Below the pieces are notes generated by a model, which had not been told where the DNA came from, searched no databases, and saw only the letters and a list, made by a program, of their open reading frames with translations. A DNA stretch of 63,255 nt, filler included, from an uncultured bacterium (GTDB lineage Bacteria > Auribacterota > CAZIXI01): NCBI GenBank assembly GCA_964543115.1. It is 5 parts of 5 records of this genome, joined end to end, with 100 filler letters (N's around TTAATTAATTAA, not from the genome) between each part and the next. Parts side by side here need not be neighbours in the genome. Positions count along the whole stretch, not along the records: positions 38,317 to 50,770 come from CAZIXI010000081.1; positions 50,871 to 63,255 come from CAZIXI010000082.1; 3 more parts are not named here. One strand, written 5' to 3'. The number at the start of each line of letters is the position of its first letter. Position 1 is the stretch's first letter. A program made the translations under genes and the position numbers. Shown here in pieces: positions 45,956 to 55,057 of the stretch.

Positions 45956-48376
45956 ATGAATGACAGCAAAAAAAATCTAATATTCAGCTATTTAACTATC
46001 GCCGCCGGCATGTTTTCTCTCGGGGCGTTTCTCTGGCTGCAGCAGCTGCCCCTCTGGCTTAACAGCCGGGGCAGAATCATCTGGCAGCTAAAGTCCTTGG
46101 CGGAAATGCCTCTGCCTCTATTTTTCTTTTCCTGCCTGCCGCTTTTCCTCTGGCTCCTATCCGCATCCCTGTTTACCGGGATCAGCAAAGAAACTCTGAA
46201 AAAGACACTCTCGGAGAGTGCCCGCACATTCAGTCCGCTCTTCTTCCTCCTGCTTCCTTTACTGGGCCTGAATAGCCGGCTAAACGGACAGACAAACTTT
46301 TTCCTCTACCTGGCCACTGATCTCGCCTGGCCCTATTGCGGCCTGATTACCGTAACAATTATATTTTTACAAATATCTCTTTTCAACCGCGTAATCCCGC
46401 GGCACGCGAAACCGGTACCGACAAGAACCAACCGCTGGTTAAAATACATAATCTTTGCCGTTGTTCTGACCGCCTACCTTATCCTTAAAAGCAACTTTAT
46501 TCCCTGGGACGCCGAAGGCAAAGAGAGATTCAAGCTCTTCACCGGCGACGAACCGCAATACTGCCTGATTACCCACAGCCTGGTCTTTGACCGGGACTTT
46601 GACCTTAAAAACAACCTGGACAACCGCGATTATAATAGTTTCTATCCCTATAAAATGAACCCTCATGGACTGCCCAACTGGCCGAACAGCGACCGTTATT
46701 CTTACCATCGTCTGGGTCTGCCCTTGCTGATCGCGCCCGCCTACTACCTGGGCCATGAAAGCAGTCAGGGAGTAAGACAAATAATCCTCTGTTTCCTGAA
46801 TATCTTCGGTGCCTTGCTGGCGGTAGTGATTTATCTGGTTTGCTTAAAGAAAACCAACAATCAATTTGCCGCTGCCGCCGCCGCAGTTATCATTGCCTTC
46901 ACCAATCCCCTGATTATTTACGCGCAGCAGATCTATCCGGAAATGCCCGCAGGTTTTTTTATTCTCTGCGCCTTTGCCCTGGCCGCCAACCGTCCCTTGC
47001 TGGCCAGTTGCTCTATCGCCGCGCTGCCCTGGCTCCATGAACGTTTTGGACCGATAGCCCTGGTCCTGACCGTCTATCTCCTTTTGCGAACCGGCTGGCA
47101 CAAAAGAAAGCTATTATTGATATTTTTACCATTAGCCGTTTCCGCGATCCTGCAGGTACTCTATTATCAAAAAATGTACGGCCTGCCTTTCCCCATCCAG
47201 GAATCCTGGGTAGAAGGATCATACGATTCCCAGTTCGGATTTTTCAACAAGACTGGTTTTCATACCGGTTTAGTGGGCCTGCTGCTGGACCGCGCCGAAG
47301 GACTATTGATTTATGCCCCCATCTTCGCCCTCAGCCTGACCGGCATCTTTATTTACTGGCGGCAGAACCGCCGCGAAGCCCTTTGGTTTATTATTATCTT
47401 ATTGAGTTATTTCCTTCCTGTCGGTCTTTTCGGATTCTGGTGGGGCGGCGGCGCGCCGCCGCCGCGGGTTGTGGTGGCCATTATCCCGCGGCTTTCCCTG
47501 CCCCTGGCCCTGGCCCAGGCTAAGATAAAAACGTTCCCCTTCAGGGTTACCTTCGCCTTTCTTACACTGCTCAGCCTGCTATTGGGATTCTACCTTATCA
47601 CCCACCCGGAATTCGGCTATGACTTCGGCAAATTCTTCCGGCGCTACTTTGCCTTCTCAAACGCAACCATGTTAATGAATCTGAAAAATTATTTTCCCTC
47701 ATTATTTATAAACACTGGAACAACCACAGTACTAAGCCTCCTCTGGAGCAGCCTGATAATTATTACCACCTTAATTTTTCTCAGCAAAAAACAGACAAAA
47801 TCGGCATTCATTTACTTAATAACCGTTATGGCCATAGTTTTTCTCATAATCCAGCTGGGCGACAGTATGGCCGGTAATCTAGGCAGGTTAACACCTAACA
47901 ACATGAACAAATTAGCCAAAAACGCCCTGCGGCGCGGCTCCCTGGCAAATAACATCTTCCTTCTTTATGAAGCGGAATTACTCAATAAACGCATCGGCAT
48001 TAATCACCGCTCAGAAGACGCTTCCGGCAATTATGCCTGCTACGCTCATCATGAAAAAGTAAAAGAAGACTTCTTGGTATCCGGCCCCTACGAAACCCTG
48101 CCGGCCGGCAAATACCGCGCGCAGTTCCTCCTGAAAACAAGCAAGACCACCGGTAAAGATATTGCCGTTCTGGATGTAGCCACAGATCTAGGCCTGACAG
48201 TACTCAGCCAGCGAACAATTATAGGCAGTGATTTCCACAATCCGGGCAGTTATCAGACATTCCCGCTGAATTTTTCACTGCCGCAGGAAACCGGTGATCT
48301 TGAGTTCCGCGTTTATTTCCTCGATGAAGGGGATTTATTCGTGGACTATATAAAGATAGAAGTGCTACCGGAATAA
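45956..48376 (+). CDS. Polytopic GT-C-like membrane protein with the same C-terminal domain
   Basis: GDEPQY...SLVFDRDFDL, YPEMP, LPWLHERF; C-terminal SGPY...LEFRV. Alternative start 45914. Confidence 0.75.
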   Translation: MNDSKKNLIFSYLTIAAGMFSLGAFLWLQQLPLWLNSRGRIIWQLKSLAEMPLPLFFFSCLPLFLWLLSASLFTGISKETLKKTLSESARTFSPLFFLLLPLLGLNSRLNGQTNFFLYLATDLAWPYCGLITVTIIFLQISLFNRVIPRHAKPVPTRTNRWLKYIIFAVVLTAYLILKSNFIPWDAEGKERFKLFTGDEPQYCLITHSLVFDRDFDLKNNLDNRDYNSFYPYKMNPHGLPNWPNSDRYSYHRLGLPLLIAPAYYLGHESSQGVRQIILCFLNIFGALLAVVIYLVCLKKTNNQFAAAAAAVIIAFTNPLIIYAQQIYPEMPAGFFILCAFALAANRPLLASCSIAALPWLHERFGPIALVLTVYLLLRTGWHKRKLLLIFLPLAVSAILQVLYYQKMYGLPFPIQESWVEGSYDSQFGFFNKTGFHTGLVGLLLDRAEGLLIYAPIFALSLTGIFIYWRQNRREALWFIIILLSYFLPVGLFGFWWGGGAPPPRVVVAIIPRLSLPLALAQAKIKTFPFRVTFAFLTLLSLLLGFYLITHPEFGYDFGKFFRRYFAFSNATMLMNLKNYFPSLFINTGTTTVLSLLWSSLIIITTLIFLSKKQTKSAFIYLITVMAIVFLIIQLGDSMAGNLGRLTPNNMNKLAKNALRRGSLANNIFLLYEAELLNKRIGINHRSEDASGNYACYAHHEKVKEDFLVSGPYETLPAGKYRAQFLLKTSKTTGKDIAVLDVATDLGLTVLSQRTIIGSDFHNPGSYQTFPLNFSLPQETGDLEFRVYFLDEGDLFVDYIKIEVLPE

Positions 48377-48427
48377 GTATCTTCCCTTGACCATAAACTT
48401 AATCCTCTGGCCCTACGATCCTATTCT

Positions 48428-48676
48428 TTATAAAACAGTACTTACCGCCGGATGCTTTGACAACCGGGAAAACAATTCGTTGCGTTTGCTCTCACTGTTT
48501 ACAGTTGTTTCCGCGGTAAGAGACACATACTTACCGGCCTTACTTTTTTTGGAAAAAGATATCGTATAATCTTTACCTTTGAGGCTCTCCGCTGCCGCTT
48601 CCCGCAGGGCAGATTCATCAGCGCCGATAATGGTATAGCGCCATTTACGCGGATATTCCAGCTTTTGTTCTTTCAT
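48428..48676 (-). CDS. DUF493/YbeD-like protein
   Basis: LEYPRKWRYTIIG, SKKSKAGKYVSL, L..HP.V..VL. Confidence 0.88.
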   Translation of the reverse strand: MKEQKLEYPRKWRYTIIGADESALREAAAESLKGKDYTISFSKKSKAGKYVSLTAETTVNSESKRNELFSRLSKHPAVSTVL

Positions 48677-48700
48677 AAAAAAAAGAGGGCCATTTTTTTA

Positions 48701-49459
48701 TTAGAACTCGTGTGTCAGGCCAGCAACAATCCTCCAGTCAGGACTACCATCTGTTAAGCCGGCGGCAACACCGGCATCTAGAACCGTCCCCCAAGGGATC
48801 TCATAGGTGGCCCCAACCAAAACCTCACAGGGATTATCCTCACTAACATCCTCGGTCAATATCTCTCCAGCCACCTCTCCGACAATGGCCAGCTTTTCGG
48901 TACAGGCAAACTCTCCCGCCAAGCTAAGATTTACCATATCATACTCTTCCTCTTCTGCCGGATCACCTCTAAAATTATAACCGGCATTGACAAAAATGGT
49001 TAATCTATCAAATCCTTTTTGAGCAATAAAATTCCCCACAAAATCTGTCTCCCCCGTCCCTAATCCCCTGGCACTGTCTCCGGTTTCCGTCTTGACACCA
49101 AGAGTAACCGCCAGTCCAGGAAAATTTGGCGCTTCATCCAGGAACCTTAACTTAAGTCTAGTATACAAATCACTAAAACCATCTTCATTACTCCCGCTAT
49201 CAGGCCTTAACCAGAGATAGGGAACCTCTACCGCGAAATCCAGTCTATCCCAAATAACACCAGTTGTTAAACACGGAGTAACAGCCGCTTCATGATCATC
49301 ATTGGACTGTTCCAAATATTCAGCACCAAGTTCCACCTGCAAATGCCCTGGCGCTACCGTCCCCACATCATCCGTCGATAACGGCCTACCAGCCAGCGCT
49401 AGATTACCGGAACTACACACTACTCCCAGAACCACTACTAAACCCAACAACTTCCTCAT
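48701..49459 (-). CDS. Outer membrane beta-barrel (MetA-pathway/transporter-like family)
   Basis: Signal peptide, GRPLSTDD motif, amphipathic strands, terminal Phe (THEF). Confidence 0.75.
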   Translation of the reverse strand: MRKLLGLVVVLGVVCSSGNLALAGRPLSTDDVGTVAPGHLQVELGAEYLEQSNDDHEAAVTPCLTTGVIWDRLDFAVEVPYLWLRPDSGSNEDGFSDLYTRLKLRFLDEAPNFPGLAVTLGVKTETGDSARGLGTGETDFVGNFIAQKGFDRLTIFVNAGYNFRGDPAEEEEYDMVNLSLAGEFACTEKLAIVGEVAGEILTEDVSEDNPCEVLVGATYEIPWGTVLDAGVAAGLTDGSPDWRIVAGLTHEF

Positions 49460-49764
49460 ACTCCCTCCTTTCGGATACAGGATTCAACAATACATTTATC
49501 GCCTGGCCATCCTGTATAATTAGTATCTTATTCATTTATCCAACTCCAATTTATTTTAATCACCCCAACCTAACAGGTGACATATGAATTCTTGGCTATT
49601 ATAGCATTATACAGTATTGCTGTAAACTGATCAGAGTAGAACTTACTATTGAGGCTTGTTGTATTCCGGAAAAAATCTGCAACTATTTTTTTAACGAAAA
49701 AACAACTAGTAGCTGTCCCTGGCTATTATTAGATTACTCAATTTTGGTTAGATCCACTGCCTCT

Positions 49765-50652
49765 TTATCTCGGCAGGGTAAACACAAACCGGCTGCCTTT
49801 ACCGGGAAAACTGACCACCCACATCTTCCCCTGATGGAGGTGCACCAGTTCCCTGGCAATCGGCAGGCCCAGACCCGCACCCTCCTGTTTTTCCGCGGTT
49901 ATCCGTTCAAACTTATCAAAGATTTTCTTTTGGTTCTCTTTAGAAATCCCGGGACCGTTATCCGCTATCTCACAACAGACCTCTTCCCGGGTTCCTGTCA
50001 ATTTAACCGTGATAAGACCCCGCACGGGAGTGTATTTAATCGCGTTAGTTAAAAGATTGATAATAACTTCAGTTATCTTATCCTCATCCGCCGGAACTGT
50101 ACCCAGATCATGCTGGATATTCTTGTCGAGAGTTAGTTCCTTTCTGGCCAGCTCTCTGGTAAAATCCTCAATAACATCCTCTAACAGTACCGCCAGGTCC
50201 ACATCCTCTATCCGCGGTTCAACCTTCCCGGCCTCAATCCTCGACAGGGTTAAGATATCAACCACCAGACGATAAAGCCGGTCCGTGTTCCTTGCGGCAA
50301 TGGCGACAAATCTTTCTTGCTCCTTATTTACCTCACCGGCGGTACCTTCCACAATAATACTTAAGGCGTCTTTAATATTGGTCAGCGGATTCTTAAGTTC
50401 GTGTGAAACATTAGCGACAAAATTGGACTTCATCCGGTCCAGCTCACGCAACTTTTTATTTGCCACAAGCAAACGTTGATTAAGGTCATACATTTTCTGA
50501 TCTTTTTCCGCCACTTTGTTTAGTGATTCACGCAGTTTATCATTCATCTTTTCCAGCTTGACTGAATACTGCTGCAGGTTCTGCCTGCTTTCTTCTAATG
50601 TCTTTTCCGCGCGCTTACGCGCCGCCGCTTCATTCATCTTCTTTTTAGCCAT
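49765..50652 (-). CDS. Cytoplasmic histidine kinase (coiled coil-HisKA-HATPase) without sensor domain
   Basis: VSHELKNPL, NLLTNAIKYT, DNGPG, GAGLGL; no TM segment. Confidence 0.92.
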   Translation of the reverse strand: MAKKKMNEAAARKRAEKTLEESRQNLQQYSVKLEKMNDKLRESLNKVAEKDQKMYDLNQRLLVANKKLRELDRMKSNFVANVSHELKNPLTNIKDALSIIVEGTAGEVNKEQERFVAIAARNTDRLYRLVVDILTLSRIEAGKVEPRIEDVDLAVLLEDVIEDFTRELARKELTLDKNIQHDLGTVPADEDKITEVIINLLTNAIKYTPVRGLITVKLTGTREEVCCEIADNGPGISKENQKKIFDKFERITAEKQEGAGLGLPIARELVHLHQGKMWVVSFPGKGSRFVFTLPR

Positions 50653-50666
50653 AACTCCCTCTTCTT

Positions 50667-50770
50667 TAGGGTCAAGGGTCTAGGGTCAAGGGCAGTCTAT
50701 ATCCATTCCTCTAATTGCAGTCTATATCCATTCCAATAATGGCAGCCCCGCGAAGCGGGGCAGCCCCAAG
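50667..50770 (+). repeat. AGGGTCW heptamers followed by a GCAGTC-family mosaic repeat at the contig end
   Basis: GCAGTCTATATCCATTCC x2 (50692, 50717), then GCAG-CCCCGC-GAA-GCGGGG and CAGCCCCAAG cut by the gap. Confidence 0.9.
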
Positions 50771-50870
50771 NNNNNNNNNNNNNNNNNNNNNNNNNNNNNN
50801 NNNNNNNNNNNNNNTTAATTAATTAANNNNNNNNNNNNNNNNNNNNNNNNNNNNNNNNNNNNNNNNNNNN
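50771..50870. other. Artificial contig linker
   Basis: N44-TTAATTAATTAA-N44. Confidence 0.98.
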
Positions 50871-51665
50871 CAAACCCGTGCCGCAGTTTTAACGCATCTA
50901 GGCGGTCATACCATTGATTTGGACCCAATAATGGAGATCGCCAAATCAAAAGGGATTAAAATAGTCGAAGATTGTTCACAGGCTCACGGCACCCTCTACA
51001 AAGGAAAAAGGGTTGGAACGTTCGGAGAGATTGCGGCTTTTTCAACCATGTTCTCAAAGACCCTGGCAGCCGGAGGTTGTGGAGGGATTGTTTATACAAA
51101 AAATAAGGACTATTACTGGCACTTACGCTCTCTTGCCGACCGCGGGAAGCCATTCCATAAACTCGATTTTAATTCCAAAATTACCACGGATTACCTTTTT
51201 CCTTCATTAAACTTTAATGCTGATGAACTGTCCTGCGCAATTGGTATTTCTATTCTTTCAAAACTCCAGAGAATTATTGACAAACGTCATGAAATAGCCA
51301 AGAAAATAGATCTGGCCCTTAAAGCTTCTTCTGTTGTATATCCTGCTAATTTAGAATTGCCTGGTTCTAAATCATCCGTGTTTTTCCATCCCGTTGTTGT
51401 TGCCGCAGACAAGCTTAAGGTCTCCAAAGAACTATTTGCAGAAGCCATAGCCGCTGAAGGTGTATGGCTCAGAACAGATTATCGCGATATTACATGTGAA
51501 TGGCAATGGATACCTGCATATGTGAAAGAGTATAAAAAAACTCCGAATGCGATAAATTTTAGAAACAGGACTTTTAATATACTATTTAATGAACGGTTTA
51601 CTGATGTAGAAGTTAAGGATATTATCAAAAGCATATTAAAGGTGGAAAAACATTATACAAGATGA
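50871..51665 (+). CDS. DegT/DnrJ/EryC1/StrS aminotransferase, 5' truncated
   Basis: THLGG, EDCSQAHG, FSTMFSKTL (PLP lysine); frame open from the contig edge. Confidence 0.88.
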   Translation, partial: QTRAAVLTHLGGHTIDLDPIMEIAKSKGIKIVEDCSQAHGTLYKGKRVGTFGEIAAFSTMFSKTLAAGGCGGIVYTKNKDYYWHLRSLADRGKPFHKLDFNSKITTDYLFPSLNFNADELSCAIGISILSKLQRIIDKRHEIAKKIDLALKASSVVYPANLELPGSKSSVFFHPVVVAADKLKVSKELFAEAIAAEGVWLRTDYRDITCEWQWIPAYVKEYKKTPNAINFRNRTFNILFNERFTDVEVKDIIKSILKVEKHYTR

Positions 51666-52750
51666 AAAATAATTTTTTATTAAGACATGAGGAAAAACAG
51701 AAGTTTCATAATATACACGAAGCATTCTCCGAGAAGGCATTTAACACAGAAGGGCTACTTCCAGACAGGTATGTTTTTGTCCTCACTAATCTTTGCAATC
51801 TGAAATGTAGTTTTTGCGTTCAAAAAGGGGAGTCCAGAAAAGATGCAATGTCAGAAGTTGACTGGATAACCTTAGCAAAACAACTTCCAGATTATGCTCG
51901 AGTCACCCTCACGGGTGGAGAACCGTTAATTTTTAAGGAATTCAGAAAGGTTTTCGCATATGTTGCTGAACGCTTTCATTGCAACATAATATCAAATGGA
52001 ATTCTATTAAATCAAGAACTAATTGATTATATAATCTCTTTTCCTAAGTTTAAAGTCCTTTCTCTATCAATAGATGATATAGGTAATAATAACAGATGTT
52101 TTACCCCAACGCAGTGGAAACATCTCGTCAAGATGATTAAGTATTTTCTTAAAAGACGAAATGAACTCGGCTCCAATTGTGTTCTAGATGTTAAAACACT
52201 AGTACTAGATAAAAATGCTAAGGATATTTTTGAGATACATAAATATATGGCTGAACAAATCGGCGTTGATACGAATGTTTTTCAATTCTTGAAAGGATCA
52301 CCAATACAGCATGCGGATTATATGTTTAAGTTTAAGGACATTTTAACAAAATCACATGCGCCTGTTTATAATAATTTTGATATTATCAAAGAACAGCTAG
52401 AGTTAGTACGGCAGTATAACCTAAAGAAAGGTAAGATAGCCTTTATCCATCCCAAAATAGCATCCCTGGTTTCAGAGGAATCTTTACATAAAATGGATAT
52501 TTTAAATGAAGAAGCTCATATAAAAGAATATTACTCACCATGCAAATTCCCATGGTCAAGCGCTCATATTAATTTTGATGGAGCCCTCTTTCCGTGTTTG
52601 TCGGTGTCAATGGGAAATGTGAAAGAAATGTCATTACAGGAAATAATCAATGCTGAAAGAATGGTTAAATTTAGGAATCTGATTCGAGAAGAAGGAACTA
52701 TCCAAGCCTGTAATCGCTGCGGATGGATAAGGTTAAACAATAATGACTAA
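51662..52750 (+). CDS. Radical SAM protein with SPASM/twitch domain
   Basis: CNLKCSFC, LTGGEP; C-terminal CKFPW...INFDG..FPC...GN...CNRC. Confidence 0.92.
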   Translation: MKNNFLLRHEEKQKFHNIHEAFSEKAFNTEGLLPDRYVFVLTNLCNLKCSFCVQKGESRKDAMSEVDWITLAKQLPDYARVTLTGGEPLIFKEFRKVFAYVAERFHCNIISNGILLNQELIDYIISFPKFKVLSLSIDDIGNNNRCFTPTQWKHLVKMIKYFLKRRNELGSNCVLDVKTLVLDKNAKDIFEIHKYMAEQIGVDTNVFQFLKGSPIQHADYMFKFKDILTKSHAPVYNNFDIIKEQLELVRQYNLKKGKIAFIHPKIASLVSEESLHKMDILNEEAHIKEYYSPCKFPWSSAHINFDGALFPCLSVSMGNVKEMSLQEIINAERMVKFRNLIREEGTIQACNRCGWIRLNNND

Positions 52751-53642
52751 TAATAAACACATCTTCATTTTTGGAGCAACAGGCTTTATTGGGAAATACC
52801 TGAAAGATAAGCTTTCTGCCGATAATTCTATAGAAGCATTGGGATATTCTTCCAGAACGTGCAATCTTTTATCATTATCAGATATCCAGGGCATCTTGTC
52901 ATCCGCTGGGAATAATGACGCAGTCATTATCGCATCCGCGATTAACAGAAGCAAGGATAATTCCTATCCCGCTATGCTAAAGAATATTCAAATGATTGAA
53001 AATATTTGTCAGGCGGTTTCTGAGAAATCTATCGGACACATAACATTTTTGAGCACTATTGACATATATGGAATCAATATTAAGAAAAATGCAAAAATAA
53101 ACGAGTTTTTCCTGCCAAATCCGAATGACTATTATTCTCTCGGTAAAATTGCGTCAGAATATTTATTGCAGAAGATTTGTTCAGAAAATTCTATTCCCTT
53201 AACCATCTTGCGCTTGTCCGGCGTTTATGGTCCGGGCGATAATTTTGGGAGTACTATTGGTCTAATGGTTAAAACTGCGCTTAATAACAAAAATATCATC
53301 ATTTACGACCATGGCGACAGTCTAAGGGATTTTATATATGTCGATGATATACATCAAATCATTCAGTCCGTGATTAAACAGAAAAAAAGTGTTCTCTTGA
53401 ATGTGGCTACCGGGAAAAGCTTTGCTATTAAAGAAATTGCTGCTTTAATTAAAATCCTATTACCGTTTCCAATAGAAATAGAGCACAAAAAGATAAAATC
53501 GAATGTCGAAAAAAGAGTAAAACATCTAGAATTTGATTGCTCAGTTGTTGAGAAAGAATTTCCGGATGTTTCCATGACAGATCTGAAAACAGGAATTGCG
53601 CGTTATCTAGAGTATGTCCACTTGATAGATGATTTTAGGTAA
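52743..53642 (+). CDS. NAD-dependent epimerase/dehydratase
   Basis: GATGFIG, YSLGK (YxxxK), VYGPG, RDFIYVDD. Confidence 0.92.
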   Translation: MTNNKHIFIFGATGFIGKYLKDKLSADNSIEALGYSSRTCNLLSLSDIQGILSSAGNNDAVIIASAINRSKDNSYPAMLKNIQMIENICQAVSEKSIGHITFLSTIDIYGINIKKNAKINEFFLPNPNDYYSLGKIASEYLLQKICSENSIPLTILRLSGVYGPGDNFGSTIGLMVKTALNNKNIIIYDHGDSLRDFIYVDDIHQIIQSVIKQKKSVLLNVATGKSFAIKEIAALIKILLPFPIEIEHKKIKSNVEKRVKHLEFDCSVVEKEFPDVSMTDLKTGIARYLEYVHLIDDFR

Positions 53643-53657
53643 TTGAGAGGCGAACAC

Positions 53658-54830
53658 ATGAGAATAGGGTTTCTTAGTAGTACTTCAATGGTATTAGAAA
53701 GGTATTGGAATAAATTATATGATAAAGCCGATTGTTGGTGGGGGGTAACACAACCACAATTATTGCATGATTTACTAAAAAAGAAAAATATTACTAAGAT
53801 TGTTTATCATTATGACAAATATATCATAAATCCAGATAATAAATTTGGCAATAAGTATATTTCTTCTAACCCTGGACAAAGCGAAAATATACTTGCGGAA
53901 ATGATTCATCCAGACTTATGGATTGCAGAGGATTTGAATAAGCTAAATTATGCTCCCAAAAATGCCCTTTGGGTACAAGCGTTTCATTCATTGCCTATTA
54001 AAAAACACTTTTTTTATACGCCTGTATTAGAATATGATCTTCTTCTTTTGCCTGGTGAATACCACAAAAGTGAACTTATAAAAAGATTAAATTTGAAAGA
54101 AAAAGATTGGCATCGCTTAAAAGTCGTGGGTTGGCCGCGTGTAGATGATTTTTTCAATGACGTATTTGACAGAAAAGAGATAATGAATAGTCTCGGCTTG
54201 GACCCCGGCCGTAAAACCGTAATGTACGCGCCAACATGGGGATGGGGTTATGGTAACGAAACGTTTTTTGCGAGATGGTTTGGCCATGAAGTTGAGGTGT
54301 TTGAAAAGTTATGCCGCGAAGTGAAAGAAAGGGAATTAAATTTTATCGTGAAACTTCACAGCTTGTCTTTTCATGTCAATAATAAGGAAGTAATTGATAT
54401 AGCTAATAAGTATGGTGTGGTATGGCTGACTAAGGAGACATCGGGGTTTCTAGCAGACCCTAATCCATTTCTATGGATTACAGATATTTTGTTAAGCGAC
54501 CTGTCGGGCATTATTACAGAATTTATGGTTCTCGATCGCCCGATTATTTACATAGATCCTGACGAAAAGCTGGATGCCTGGAACGGTGCCGATATGCCTA
54601 AAAATTTCAGGGTTGGACATGTCGTGAATACCCCCGGCGAATTAATCAATGCAATTGACGATTCCTTCAGTCACCCGGAAAGATTTTCGCAACAGAGACA
54701 AAATCTGATTACTAAACTTCTTTACCGTCCTGATGGAAAAGCAATAGATAGGGCCGTAGAGGAAATCTTAAATTTTGCTCATATTAAGTTATCTCTTCCC
54801 CATAAATTGGAAAAAACTGCTAATAAATAA
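53658..54830 (+). CDS. CDP-glycerol glycerophosphotransferase (TagB/TagF-like) family protein
   Basis: FHSLPIKK, GWPRVD, MYAPTW, VKLH, DILLSDLSGIITEF...DRPII. Confidence 0.85.
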   Translation: MRIGFLSSTSMVLERYWNKLYDKADCWWGVTQPQLLHDLLKKKNITKIVYHYDKYIINPDNKFGNKYISSNPGQSENILAEMIHPDLWIAEDLNKLNYAPKNALWVQAFHSLPIKKHFFYTPVLEYDLLLLPGEYHKSELIKRLNLKEKDWHRLKVVGWPRVDDFFNDVFDRKEIMNSLGLDPGRKTVMYAPTWGWGYGNETFFARWFGHEVEVFEKLCREVKERELNFIVKLHSLSFHVNNKEVIDIANKYGVVWLTKETSGFLADPNPFLWITDILLSDLSGIITEFMVLDRPIIYIDPDEKLDAWNGADMPKNFRVGHVVNTPGELINAIDDSFSHPERFSQQRQNLITKLLYRPDGKAIDRAVEEILNFAHIKLSLPHKLEKTANK

Positions 54831-54993
54831 TTCGTCAGTAAAATAATTCGATATTATTTTTTGCTTCTTTTTGCCATTTCTTATAACTTTATCCATCACG
54901 CTCATCTCTTTCACTGACAAGCACATAACGCTGTGCTCAACTCCGGCAGCATTTTTCAGAAAACTGATCCATGAGAAAAAAAATGCTTTTAGA

Positions 54994-55041
54994 TTGACAT
55001 AATTAACCAATATTGAGATAATTCTTATTGTTAACCTGTCA
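54994..55041 (+). promoter_or_regulatory. Putative sigma70 promoter with flanking imperfect inverted repeat (candidate operator)
   Basis: TTGACA-N17-GATAAT with TG extension; TGACAtaaTTAAC (54995-55007) vs GTTAAccTGTCA (55030-55041). Confidence 0.5.
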
Positions 55042-55057
55042 GCGAACATATGAACAA

